Shown: positions 1 through 9,916 of the stretch, piece after piece
How positions within the stretch are numbered: the first letter of the stretch is position 1
Layout: each line of letters starts with the position of its first letter
From: Bacillota bacterium
GTDB taxonomy: Bacteria > Bacillota_I > Bacilli_A > RF39 > UBA660
Assembly: GCA_015059285.1 (NCBI GenBank)
Contig: SVAS01000004.1
Location: 28,782-92,781, forward strand
Direction of reading: 5' to 3'
DNA length: 64,000 nucleotides
Made by a program: the position numbers and the translations under genes
The notes under the pieces: generated by a model
The model's input: the letters and a program-made list of their open reading frames with translations, nothing else
Databases searched by the model: none
Told to the model about the DNA's origin: nothing

Positions 1-1
1 A

Positions 2-1474
2 AATTCAAATGCAATCGCTAAATATGTAACTGAAGAAAACATATTAGAACTTGTTAATATTTTAAAAGGTATAAAAGAAGATAAATTATATTCTAGTCAA
101 ATACATGGTCTTTATCATAGTGAAAAAGTACTTTTATTTGCATATTTAATAGCAAAACATCAAAATTTAAATCCTGTTGATTTTCAAATAATTATAGATG
201 CGGCTTTATATCATGATATAAGACGTGAAAATGATTTTGAAGACCCTTTCCATGGGTATGCTAGTGCCTTAAAAATAGGTGAAGTAGTAGACCATGAAAT
301 ATATCAAGATAAAACAAATTTAGAATTACTTAAAGCAATTGTAGATCTTCATTCTCAAGACGATATTAGAGAACGCCAAAATTTTGAACTCTATGAACTA
401 GATGAAAAAGAATATGAAAGATATAAAGTATTAGCTACTATTTTAAAAGATGCTGATGGTTTAGATAGAACTAGATTTAGTGAAAAAAGTATGGCTACTT
501 TAGATCCTAAGTTTTTAAGGTTAGATTTTTCTAAAAATCTAATTTCTTTATCTAAAGAAATTAATTTAATGTATTATGAAGTTATAGAAAATAATATGCA
601 AGAACATATTGTGGATAATTCTAAAGGTGGTTCTTGTTTCCACAGTATTAGTTTTGATTTCTTTAAATTAAATTCTATTTTAACGTATGGTGTTTTATCC
701 GCATCAGAAATAAAAAAACAACATTTAAATGTACCACGTAATTTTGAAGGTGGAAACTCTAATAATTGGATTTCTGTTGTAGATGCATCTCTTATAAAAC
801 ATCAATATACAGGCTTTAAAAATTTTACAAAACATGGAATAAGTTTTTTATGTGAAGTTCCAGAAATGATTTTACCAGTAGAAGGAAGTCATAAAGCTGA
901 AGCTATTCAAAAAGGCTTACCATTTGATAAAAGTGGACATTTAGATGAAAAATATGTTTATTCTAAAATTCCTGTTGAAAATATTCTTTGCACAATTGTA
1001 CCTGAAGAATATATTAATACTGATATAAGAAGTTTAACTTATTTATATAATTCATTAGATTTTGATTTATTTGTTAGTAGAATCAAGTATTATATTGATA
1101 GATTTAATGAAGAAGAAATTGCTTTTTATGATAAAGAAGTATTTACTAAAGATATATTTGATGAGTTATTAGCAAAATATAAAATGGAAATAGATAAATT
1201 TATTGAATCTAAAAAAACTGGTGATGATAGAAAATTAGTAGAAAATAATCTTACAATCCTTTTAAATGAATTAAACAAATATATTCAAAATGCTATGTAT
1301 AAATATTATGCAAAAGTATTAAATAAAACTGGAAATATAAGTGTTTTAGATGTAGTAACACATGAAATGTCTAAAAGTGGTATTGATTATAATTATATAT
1401 GTGGTAATGCCGAAGCTATATTTATGTTTAATTCAATAAATAAAGGTAGTAATGAAAGTGAAAAAACTTTTTAG
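2..1474 (+). CDS. HD-domain protein with C-terminal ADP-ribosyltransferase-like region (5' partial; extends upstream of the ORF-track start at 491)
   Basis: Frame open from base 2: IHGLYHSEKV...AALYHDIRR...HGYASA...LKDADGLDRTRF (HD motifs); later FHSI...SILTYGVLS...DEKYVYSKIP. Confidence 0.7.
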   Translation, partial: NSNAIAKYVTEENILELVNILKGIKEDKLYSSQIHGLYHSEKVLLFAYLIAKHQNLNPVDFQIIIDAALYHDIRRENDFEDPFHGYASALKIGEVVDHEIYQDKTNLELLKAIVDLHSQDDIRERQNFELYELDEKEYERYKVLATILKDADGLDRTRFSEKSMATLDPKFLRLDFSKNLISLSKEINLMYYEVIENNMQEHIVDNSKGGSCFHSISFDFFKLNSILTYGVLSASEIKKQHLNVPRNFEGGNSNNWISVVDASLIKHQYTGFKNFTKHGISFLCEVPEMILPVEGSHKAEAIQKGLPFDKSGHLDEKYVYSKIPVENILCTIVPEEYINTDIRSLTYLYNSLDFDLFVSRIKYYIDRFNEEEIAFYDKEVFTKDIFDELLAKYKMEIDKFIESKKTGDDRKLVENNLTILLNELNKYIQNAMYKYYAKVLNKTGNISVLDVVTHEMSKSGIDYNYICGNAEAIFMFNSINKGSNESEKTF

Positions 1475-1497
1475 CACTCATACTTGACAAGTGCTAA
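1471..1497 (+). promoter_or_regulatory. CIRCE operator (HrcA site) overlapping the sigmaA promoter of clpB
   Basis: TTAGCACTC-N9-AAGTGCTAA (1 mismatch); TTGACA 1484-1489, TGnTATAAT ending 1511. Confidence 0.9.
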
Positions 1498-1563
1498 AAT
1501 AGTGTTATAATTAGAAGTGAATGTTATGCATTCACTTTTTTAAATATATAAGGAGGGATACTT

Positions 1564-3663
1564 ATGAATATGAATGAAGTAAACGAAAATGTTTTAGAAA
1601 AATATGGACGTGATATTACTAAAAATATACGTGATGGTAAAACAGATCCTGTAATTGGAAGAGATGAAGAGATTAGAAGTATCACTCGTATTTTATCTAG
1701 AAAAACTAAAAATAATCCTGTTTTAATCGGTGAACCAGGAGTAGGTAAAACAGCTATTGTAGAAGGTCTTGCTCAAAGAATAATCAAAGGTGATGTTCCA
1801 AATAGTCTAAAAAATAAAACTATTTGGGAATTAGATATGGGTTCTATTGTAGCAGGTGCTAAATTCCGTGGTGAATTAGAAGAAAGGTTGAAAGCAGTAC
1901 TTAAAAAAGTTAAAGAATCAGAGGGGTCTATTATTATGTTTATTGATGAAATTCATATGATAGTAGGTGCAGGGGCAGAAGGGGCAATGGATGTAAGTAA
2001 TATGTTAAAACCAATGCTTGCCCGTGGTGAAGTACATTGTATAGGAGCAACCACTTTAAATGAATATCGTAAATATATTGAAAAAGATGGTGCTTTAGAA
2101 CGAAGATTTCAAAAAGTACTTGTACAAGAACCAACTGTTATGGATACTATTACTATCCTAAGAGGGTTAAAACAAAGATTTGAAGTTTATCATGGAGTAA
2201 ATATTAAAGATAGTGCTTTAGTAGCTGCATCTACCTTATCAGATCGTTATATAACTGATCGTTTTTTACCTGATAAAGCTATTGATTTAATAGATGAAGC
2301 ATGTGCTACTATTAAAGTTCAAATGGATTCTGTTCCTGAAGAATTAGATAAATTAAATCGTGAAATTATGCAACTGCAAATAGAAAAAGAAGCATTAAAA
2401 AAAGAAAAAGACGAAATGTCTAAAAACAGAGTAATTGAACTTGATGAAAAATTAAATAAATTAAAAATTAAACAATCTAAATATCAAAGTGATTGGGAAG
2501 ATGAAAAAGATATAAATGATAAGATAAGTCGTAAAAAAGAAGAAATTGAAAATATTAAGTTTAAATTAGAACAAGCTGAAAATAATTATGATTTAGAAAC
2601 CGCCGCTAAATTAAGACATGGTATTTTACCAAACTTAAATCAAGAATTAGATGTTTTAAATAAACAAAATAAATCAAAAATTTTAAGTGATACTATTGAT
2701 GAAGAAAGTGTTGCCACTATTATTTCTCGTTCTATGAATATTCCTATTACTAAATTAGTTGGTGGAGAACGTGAAAAGTTAATTAATTTAGAAAACAATA
2801 TGAAAAATCGTGTTAAAGGACAAGATAGTGCATTAAAGCTTGTAAGTAATGCTATTATAAGAGCTAGAGCTGGAATAAAAGATCCAACAAAACCAATAGG
2901 CTCATTCATATTTTTAGGGCCAACTGGAGTAGGAAAGACTGAAGTTGCTAAAACACTCGCTTATGAACTTTTTGATGATGAACGCCATATGATAAGAATT
3001 GATATGAGTGAATATATGGAAAGTTTTTCAGTATCTCGTTTAATTGGAGCTCCACCTGGTTATGTAGGTTATGATGAAGGGGGACAATTAACAGAAGCGG
3101 TTCGAAGAAATCCATATAGTATAGTTTTATTTGATGAAATAGAAAAAGCTCATAAAGATGTATTTAATATTTTACTTCAAATATTAGACGATGGTAGAAT
3201 TACAGATTCTCAAGGTAGAACAGTGGATTTTAAAAACACAATTATTATTATGACTTCTAACTTAGGTAGTGAATATATCTTAGAAAATAATAATGATAGT
3301 AAAAATCTTATAATGAATTCTTTAAAGCAAACATTTAAACCAGAATTTATTAATCGTATAGATGAAATTGTTATTTTTAATTCTTTATCTAAAGAAGTAG
3401 TAAATGATATTATTGACAAAATTATTATAGATTTAGAATTAAGATTAAAAGATAAACATTTAAAAATTAAACTTACTGATAAAGCAAAAGATTATATTTT
3501 AGAAAATGCTTATGATGAAGTATATGGAGCTCGTCCAATTAAAAGATTTATTAATCATCATATTGAAACAATGCTAGCAAACGCTATTATAAATGATAAA
3601 ATAAAAATAAATTCTGAAATTATTATTGATGTTAAAGATAATAAATTAATATTAAATATATAA
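1564..3663 (+). CDS. clpB: ClpB chaperone lacking the N-terminal domain
   Basis: Two AAA+ modules ([16 protein letters not shown]), coiled-coil middle domain, CIRCE upstream. Confidence 0.9.
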   Translation: MNMNEVNENVLEKYGRDITKNIRDGKTDPVIGRDEEIRSITRILSRKTKNNPVLIGEPGVGKTAIVEGLAQRIIKGDVPNSLKNKTIWELDMGSIVAGAKFRGELEERLKAVLKKVKESEGSIIMFIDEIHMIVGAGAEGAMDVSNMLKPMLARGEVHCIGATTLNEYRKYIEKDGALERRFQKVLVQEPTVMDTITILRGLKQRFEVYHGVNIKDSALVAASTLSDRYITDRFLPDKAIDLIDEACATIKVQMDSVPEELDKLNREIMQLQIEKEALKKEKDEMSKNRVIELDEKLNKLKIKQSKYQSDWEDEKDINDKISRKKEEIENIKFKLEQAENNYDLETAAKLRHGILPNLNQELDVLNKQNKSKILSDTIDEESVATIISRSMNIPITKLVGGEREKLINLENNMKNRVKGQDSALKLVSNAIIRARAGIKDPTKPIGSFIFLGPTGVGKTEVAKTLAYELFDDERHMIRIDMSEYMESFSVSRLIGAPPGYVGYDEGGQLTEAVRRNPYSIVLFDEIEKAHKDVFNILLQILDDGRITDSQGRTVDFKNTIIIMTSNLGSEYILENNNDSKNLIMNSLKQTFKPEFINRIDEIVIFNSLSKEVVNDIIDKIIIDLELRLKDKHLKIKLTDKAKDYILENAYDEVYGARPIKRFINHHIETMLANAIINDKIKINSEIIIDVKDNKLILNI

Positions 3664-3664
3664 T

Positions 3665-3687
3665 AAAAAAGACTTATAGTCTTTTTT
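3665..3687 (+). terminator. Intrinsic terminator
   Basis: AAAAAAGACT-TAT-AGTCTTTTTT. Confidence 0.7.
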
Positions 3688-3734
3688 CGTTGTGAAAAAA
3701 AGATATTTATAGTAAAATAATAATAGGTGATAAA

Positions 3735-5108
3735 ATGATTAACATTAAATCGGATTCAAGAAAAATAAAACCAGGAGATACATTTATAGCTATTAAATGT
3801 GAAGTTAACGATGGACATAAATATATAGATAAAGCAATTGAAAATGGCGCTACTAAAATAATAGCGGAATACGGAAGTTATAGTGTAGAAACTAAAATAG
3901 TAGATGATACTAGAAAGTATATGAATGAATATTTAAAGGAAAACTATAATAAGTATTTAGAAGAAATGACTATTATTGGTGTAACTGGAACTAATGGAAA
4001 GACTACAACATCTTACCTAATTTATTCCGCACTTAATAAATTAGGTAAAAAATGTGCTTATATTGGAACAATTGGTTATTATTTAGATAAAAAAGTAACA
4101 AATCTTCCAAATACTAATCCAGATATATGTGATATGTATGATTTAATTATTAATGCTTATGATTTAGGATATCGTTATGTTGTATTAGAAGCTAGTAGTC
4201 ATGGACTTTACAATGGTAGGTTAGAAGGTATTACTTTTGATTACACAATATTTACTAATTTAACTAGAGATCATTTAGATTTTCATAAAACAATGGAAAA
4301 TTATGCTCTAGCAAAAACTTTATTATTTAAAAAATTAAAGCCAAATGGGCTTGGTATTGTGAATGTTGATGATAAATATAAAGATTATTTTTTAACTAAT
4401 AAAACTTTAACTTATGGTATAAATTCTAATGAATATAAAATTAATAATTATAAAGAACATAATCAAGGCACATTTATTAGTCTAAATGTAAAAGGAAAAG
4501 AAATAGAAGTGAATTCACCTTTACTTGGAGATTATAATGTTTATAATTTATTATGTTTAATAATTATTTTAGATAATATAGGTATTGATTTTGAAAAAAT
4601 TAATACTTTAATTCCAACTTTATCTTGTCCGCCTGGTAGAATGGATATGGTTAAGTGGAAAACAAATAGTATCGTTATTGATTATGCACATACACCAGAT
4701 GCTATGGAGCAAATTTTAAAAACAGTTAGAAAAACAACAGATGGAAATATATATACAGTTTTTGGTTGTACAGGTGATAGAGATAGAGAAAAAAGACCTA
4801 TGATGATGGATATCGCAACTAATCTTTCTACTAAAGTAATAGTTACGATTGATGATCCTCATAATGAAGATGTTAATCAAATTATTGATGATATGTTAAA
4901 AAATAATACTAAAACTAATTTTGAAATTTGTTTAGATAGAGGTAAGGCTATTGAAAAAGGAATTAATTTATTAAAAGATAAAGATATTTTAGCTATACTT
5001 GGTAAAGGACATGAAGAAGTTATTATTTATAAAGATGAAAGAATTCCTTTTAATGATAAGAAAAAAGTAGAAGAAATAATTAAAAATAAAGAAACAGTAG
5101 AAATTTAG
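3735..5108 (+). CDS. murE: UDP-MurNAc-dipeptide ligase MurE, paralog 1 (DDPH motif)
   Basis: GVTGTNGKTT, FTNLTRDHLDFH, DYAHTPD, GKGHE. Confidence 0.9.
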   Translation: MINIKSDSRKIKPGDTFIAIKCEVNDGHKYIDKAIENGATKIIAEYGSYSVETKIVDDTRKYMNEYLKENYNKYLEEMTIIGVTGTNGKTTTSYLIYSALNKLGKKCAYIGTIGYYLDKKVTNLPNTNPDICDMYDLIINAYDLGYRYVVLEASSHGLYNGRLEGITFDYTIFTNLTRDHLDFHKTMENYALAKTLLFKKLKPNGLGIVNVDDKYKDYFLTNKTLTYGINSNEYKINNYKEHNQGTFISLNVKGKEIEVNSPLLGDYNVYNLLCLIIILDNIGIDFEKINTLIPTLSCPPGRMDMVKWKTNSIVIDYAHTPDAMEQILKTVRKTTDGNIYTVFGCTGDRDREKRPMMMDIATNLSTKVIVTIDDPHNEDVNQIIDDMLKNNTKTNFEICLDRGKAIEKGINLLKDKDILAILGKGHEEVIIYKDERIPFNDKKKVEEIIKNKETVEI

Positions 5109-5159
5109 GTTAAACACACTTCAATATAATTTTCATAAATTATATTGAGGTGTTTTTTT

Positions 5160-6506
5160 ATGAATATAAAAATAGATTCAAGGAAAATAAAACCAGGAGA
5201 TATTTTTGTAGCTTTAAATACTTATAATGATGGACATAAATATATAAACGATGCAATAGATAAAGGAGCAAAAAAAATAATTGCTTCTAAAGGGTGTTAT
5301 AGTGTAGAAACAATAATAGTATCAGATACCAAAGATTATCTTATTAATCATTTAAAAAATAACTATTATAATCAAATAAAAGATTTAAAAATAATTGGAA
5401 TAACTGGTACTAATGGAAAAACGACAACTAGTTATTTAATTTGGCAAACTTTAAATAAATTAGGTAAAAAATGTGCATATATTGGAACAATTGGTTTTTA
5501 TATAAATGAGAAAATAAGAGATTTAAATAATACTACTCCAGAAATATTAGATGTATATGAAATGCTTATAGAATGTAAAGAAAAAGATTGTGAATATGTA
5601 GTTATGGAAGTTAGTAGTCATGCTTTAGAACAAAGAAGAGTAGATGGAATACTTTTTGATTATGCAATATTTACTAATTTAACAGAAGATCATTTAGATT
5701 ATCATAAAACAATGGGAAATTATGCTTTAGCTAAACAAAAGCTTTTTGAAAAATTAAAAGAAAATGGTAAGGCTATTATAAATGTTGATGATAAATATCA
5801 TAACTATTTTTTAAAAAAAGGTGATATTACTTATGGTTTTAATGAAAGTAATATTCAAATTTTAAATTATGATATAAACTTTAAAAGTAATTTTGATTTG
5901 AAAATTAATAATGAAATATATGATTTTGAAACAAATTTACTAGGTAAATATAATATTTATAATATAACTGCTCTAATTAGTGTTTTAGTTAATTTAAATG
6001 TAGATATAAATGTTATAAGATATTTAGTAACTACATTAACAGCACCCGTAGGTCGTATGGAATTTATAAATTATAATACTAACCAAATTATTATTGATTA
6101 TGCACATACACCAGATGCTTTAGAAAATATTTTACTTTCCGTTAGAGAATTTTGTAAAGGAAAAATATATGTGATATTAGGTTGTGGAGGTAACCGTGAT
6201 AAAACTAAAAGACCTATAATGGCTAAAATTGCGACTGATCTTGCTGATTATGCAATATTTACAAGTGATAATCCGAGAGATGAAGATCCGAGTAAAATAA
6301 TAGAAGATATGATAAATGATTTAGAAAATGATAATTATGAGGTTGACGTAAACCGAGAAAAAGCTATTAATAAGGGTATACAAAAACTAGGTAAAAATGA
6401 TATACTATTGTTGCTTGGTAAAGGTCATGAAACATACCAAGTTATAAAAAATGAAAGAATTCATTTTGATGATAAAGAAAAAGTATTAAATTTCATTAGG
6501 AGATGA
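5160..6506 (+). CDS. murE: UDP-MurNAc-dipeptide ligase MurE, paralog 2 (DNPR, meso-DAP-type motif)
   Basis: GITGTNGKTT, MEVSSH, DYAHTPD, TSDNPR, GKGHETYQ. Confidence 0.92.
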   Translation: MNIKIDSRKIKPGDIFVALNTYNDGHKYINDAIDKGAKKIIASKGCYSVETIIVSDTKDYLINHLKNNYYNQIKDLKIIGITGTNGKTTTSYLIWQTLNKLGKKCAYIGTIGFYINEKIRDLNNTTPEILDVYEMLIECKEKDCEYVVMEVSSHALEQRRVDGILFDYAIFTNLTEDHLDYHKTMGNYALAKQKLFEKLKENGKAIINVDDKYHNYFLKKGDITYGFNESNIQILNYDINFKSNFDLKINNEIYDFETNLLGKYNIYNITALISVLVNLNVDINVIRYLVTTLTAPVGRMEFINYNTNQIIIDYAHTPDALENILLSVREFCKGKIYVILGCGGNRDKTKRPIMAKIATDLADYAIFTSDNPRDEDPSKIIEDMINDLENDNYEVDVNREKAINKGIQKLGKNDILLLLGKGHETYQVIKNERIHFDDKEKVLNFIRR

Positions 6507-6510
6507 TTTT

Positions 6511-7503
6511 GTGTTAATTTTGGCAAAAGCTATGCTAGCAATGATGATAGGGTTTATAACAGCAGTTGTATTTGGTCTTATTTTAATTCCTTTTTTAAAA
6601 AAAATAAAAGTAAGACAAAAGGTAAGTTTATATTTAGAAAAAGCTCATAAAAGTAAAGATGGAACACCTACTATGGGGGGCTTAATATTTATTGTACCAA
6701 CTATTATTACAGTAATTATTTTACTTTTTATGAATAAAATAGAATTTTCAGAAAATTTATTTATTATTTTATTTGTATTTATTGCTTATGCATTACTAGG
6801 ATTTTTAGATGATTATTTAAGTCTTAGAAGAAGAAACAATGAAGGTCTAACAGAAATTCAAAAACTTTTTGGTCAATTGGTAATAGCCTTAGTATTTTTC
6901 TACATATTTATGCGTAGTGGTGGAAAACCAACATTAGACATTCATACTTTAGGTTTAGAAATTAATATGGGTTGGTTTTATGGAATATTTTTATTGTTTG
7001 TATTAGTAGCTAGTTCAAATGCTGTTAATTTAACTGATGGATTAGATGGCCTTGCTGGAGGACTTTCAGTTATATCTTTTTTAGCATTCGGACTTATTGC
7101 TTGGAATGCTACTTGGGTTTCTGGTTATCAAGATATAGCAATATTTTGCTTTATCTTAATAGGTTCTCTTTTAGGATTTTTAGTTTATAATACCCATCCA
7201 GCTAAGGTATTTATGGGAGATACTGGTTCTCTTGCACTTGGAGCAACCTTAGCTTCTATAGCAATCATAACTAATCATGAAGTAACTTTAATTGTTGTAG
7301 CAGGAGTTTTTATTATAGAAACTTTAGCTTGTATTATTCAAATGGTAGGACTTATGTGTTTTCATAGAAAAGTATTTTTAATGGCACCACTTCATCACCA
7401 TTTTGAAAAACTTGGATATTCTGAAAGTGATATTGTTAAAGGTTTTTGGGTAGTAGGTTTTATATTAAGTATGTTAGCAGTAGGCTTTGGAGTTTGGATT
7501 TAG
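6511..7503 (+). CDS. mraY: Phospho-MurNAc-pentapeptide transferase
   Basis: TPTMGG, NAVNLTDGLDGLA, FMGDTGS, APLHHHFE. Confidence 0.95.
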   Translation: MLILAKAMLAMMIGFITAVVFGLILIPFLKKIKVRQKVSLYLEKAHKSKDGTPTMGGLIFIVPTIITVIILLFMNKIEFSENLFIILFVFIAYALLGFLDDYLSLRRRNNEGLTEIQKLFGQLVIALVFFYIFMRSGGKPTLDIHTLGLEINMGWFYGIFLLFVLVASSNAVNLTDGLDGLAGGLSVISFLAFGLIAWNATWVSGYQDIAIFCFILIGSLLGFLVYNTHPAKVFMGDTGSLALGATLASIAIITNHEVTLIVVAGVFIIETLACIIQMVGLMCFHRKVFLMAPLHHHFEKLGYSESDIVKGFWVVGFILSMLAVGFGVWI

Positions 7504-7506
7504 TCT

Positions 7507-8265
7507 ATGGAAATTATAAAACTAGATAACGTTATTAATGTAAGAGATATTAGTTACAAAAATATTAAACCTAAAAGACTTTTAAGGGGGTCTGCTTTAG
7601 ATAGTGTAACTGATAGTGATGTAGATGTACTTAAAAATAAGTATAATTTAAAAGCTATAATTGATCTTAGAATTAAAGAAGAAATAGAAAATGAAATTTT
7701 CCATATACCAGGAGTTACTTATTATAATGTTCCGATTGCTAGTAAAGAAGTAGTAGGTATACCATGTGGTAAATCATTTAATCAAGAATTAATTGCTATG
7801 CAAAATGATATTCCAGATATGCAAGCAATTTATAACAACTGTTTGATGCCTGATAAAAAAGATATGTGGGTTAAAATATTTGATATATTATTAAATACTG
7901 AAGAAGGTTCAATATTTTGGCACTGTCAACAAGGAAAAGATAGATGCGGAACAGTTGCTGCAATTATCGAATATGCCCTAGGCCTTGATTATGATACTAT
8001 TTTAGAAGATTATTTATTAACTAATGAAAGTAATAAAGAAAAAGCCAATTATGTATATGAACTCATTTCTTATATTAGTCATGATGATGATCTAGCTAAC
8101 ACGCTAAAAAATGTATTCTTATCACATAAAGAACACTTAGATAATGCTTTTAATTATATTAATCAACAGTATGGTTCAGTAGATAACTTTTTACTGGAAA
8201 TGTGTGATTTAACAGAAGAAAAAATAAATAAATTAAAACAAATGTATTTAGAAACTGCATTTTAA
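7507..8265 (+). CDS. Protein tyrosine phosphatase family protein
   Basis: NVRD, IIDLR, HCQQGKDRCG (CX5R), DYLLTN. Confidence 0.85.
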   Translation: MEIIKLDNVINVRDISYKNIKPKRLLRGSALDSVTDSDVDVLKNKYNLKAIIDLRIKEEIENEIFHIPGVTYYNVPIASKEVVGIPCGKSFNQELIAMQNDIPDMQAIYNNCLMPDKKDMWVKIFDILLNTEEGSIFWHCQQGKDRCGTVAAIIEYALGLDYDTILEDYLLTNESNKEKANYVYELISYISHDDDLANTLKNVFLSHKEHLDNAFNYINQQYGSVDNFLLEMCDLTEEKINKLKQMYLETAF

Positions 8266-8410
8266 AAAATGTGGTTTTTTTATGACATTATAAACAGTTT
8301 TTTTAAAATATTAAAAATATATAATATGTGATATAATTGAAATAGAGCAAATTGAAAACACTTATTTGTTGATGGTTATAAAAGGTGCAATGCAGAAAGT
8401 GAGAGAGTAT

Positions 8411-9160
8411 ATGGATATAAATAAATTAAAAACTGAATTGATAAAACAAAGGGCATCTAAATTTAAAGGGAATATATATCATTACTCGCAAGTTAATTTT
8501 TCATATAATTCTAATAAAATAGAAGGTAGTAGATTAACTATTGATCAAACAGAAGCAATATTTGATACATCTTCTTTTCTTCCTAAAAGTGATGATTTAA
8601 TAAAATTAGATGATTTAATAGAAGTTAAAAATCATTTTAAATTATTTGATTATATGTTAGATAATGTTGATGGACTTCTAACAAAAGAAATGATAATTGA
8701 AATGAATAAGATATTAAAAAGAAATACAAGTGATGAAGACAATCCAAGATATAATGTTGGAGGATTTAAAATTGTTCCTAATATAATTGGAGTAGTGAAT
8801 GTTATTAATACTACGGCACCAGAAGATGTAGAAAGTGAAATTGAAAACTTATTAAGTGAATATAGTTCCAAAAATATAACTTTAGAAGATATAATTGATT
8901 TTCATGTTAGATTTGAGAGAATACATCCTTTTGGAGATGGAAATGGTCGTGTTGGTAGAATTATAATGTTTAAAGAATGCTTAAGAAATAATATAATGCC
9001 TTTTATCATATTAGATGATGATAAATCTTATTATATGAGGGGTTTAAAAGAATATGAAAATGATAAAATGTTTTTGATTGATACCATTAAACATGCACAA
9101 GATTTATATAAAAAAATTTGTGAAGAACTATTAAAATTTGAAATAGAAAAAAATAATTAA
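8411..9160 (+). CDS. Fic family protein
   Basis: SNKIEG and canonical HPFGDGNGRVGR. Confidence 0.9.
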   Translation: MDINKLKTELIKQRASKFKGNIYHYSQVNFSYNSNKIEGSRLTIDQTEAIFDTSSFLPKSDDLIKLDDLIEVKNHFKLFDYMLDNVDGLLTKEMIIEMNKILKRNTSDEDNPRYNVGGFKIVPNIIGVVNVINTTAPEDVESEIENLLSEYSSKNITLEDIIDFHVRFERIHPFGDGNGRVGRIIMFKECLRNNIMPFIILDDDKSYYMRGLKEYENDKMFLIDTIKHAQDLYKKICEELLKFEIEKNN

Positions 9161-9171
9161 ATATTATATAG

Positions 9172-9196
9172 AAATACGCTTATGCGTATTTTTTTA
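9172..9196 (+). terminator. Intrinsic terminator
   Basis: AAATACGC-TTAT-GCGTATTT plus T run. Confidence 0.7.
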
Positions 9197-9236
9197 ATAA
9201 ATAAAAGCTAAATTAATATACTTTAGTGGTGATAAT

Positions 9237-9908
9237 ATGCTAATTGCTCATAGAGCTAATAATAATCATAATTTTTTAGAAAATACTAAAGAAGCAATAA
9301 TAGATTGTTTAACTAAAGATTATATTGATGGAGTTGAAATAGATATTAGAATGACTAAAGATAAAGAGTTTGTACTTATTCATAATATGCTAATAGATAA
9401 AAGTAGTAATGGTACTGGTTTTGTTAAAAATAAAACTTTGAAAGAATTAAAATCTTATGAATTTGGAAGTAATCAAAAAATAAGTACTTTAGAGGAAATT
9501 TTAAAAATTATGAATAACAAACTATTATTAATAGAAATTAAAGTAGAAAAGGATAATTATGAAGAAGTAGTAAATGTTTTTTATAAAAAAATAAAAAAAT
9601 ATTTATATTTAAATATAATGGTATGTAGTTTTAATTATGAATTATTAAAAAGAATAAAAAAGTTAAATCAAAAAATAAAATGTGGTTTAATTATTAATTT
9701 AGTTATTAATGAAGATAAAATATATAATCATCTAGATTATAATTCCTTAAGTATACATAAATTAGATAAAGCTAAAGATTATGATTTTATATGGACAATT
9801 AATAATACTAATGATTTAGAAAAAATAATTAAAACAAATAAAAAGTTGAATATTATAACAGATGTAAGTTATAAATTGTATGAAAAATATAAACGTGCTA
9901 TAATGTAG
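9237..9908 (+). CDS. Glycerophosphodiester phosphodiesterase
   Basis: IAHR, ENT, VEIDIRMTKD, IEIK, WTIN. Confidence 0.85.
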   Translation: MLIAHRANNNHNFLENTKEAIIDCLTKDYIDGVEIDIRMTKDKEFVLIHNMLIDKSSNGTGFVKNKTLKELKSYEFGSNQKISTLEEILKIMNNKLLLIEIKVEKDNYEEVVNVFYKKIKKYLYLNIMVCSFNYELLKRIKKLNQKIKCGLIINLVINEDKIYNHLDYNSLSIHKLDKAKDYDFIWTINNTNDLEKIIKTNKKLNIITDVSYKLYEKYKRAIM

Positions 9909-9916
9909 ATGGAGGA

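Noticed and set aside
9172-9196. Hairpin with the same AAATACGC/GCGTATTT stem as those behind pilins 1 and 4
   Set aside because: No VR-like sequence precedes it; most simply a common terminator stem, which also weakens the case for a DGR-specific role of that hairpin.
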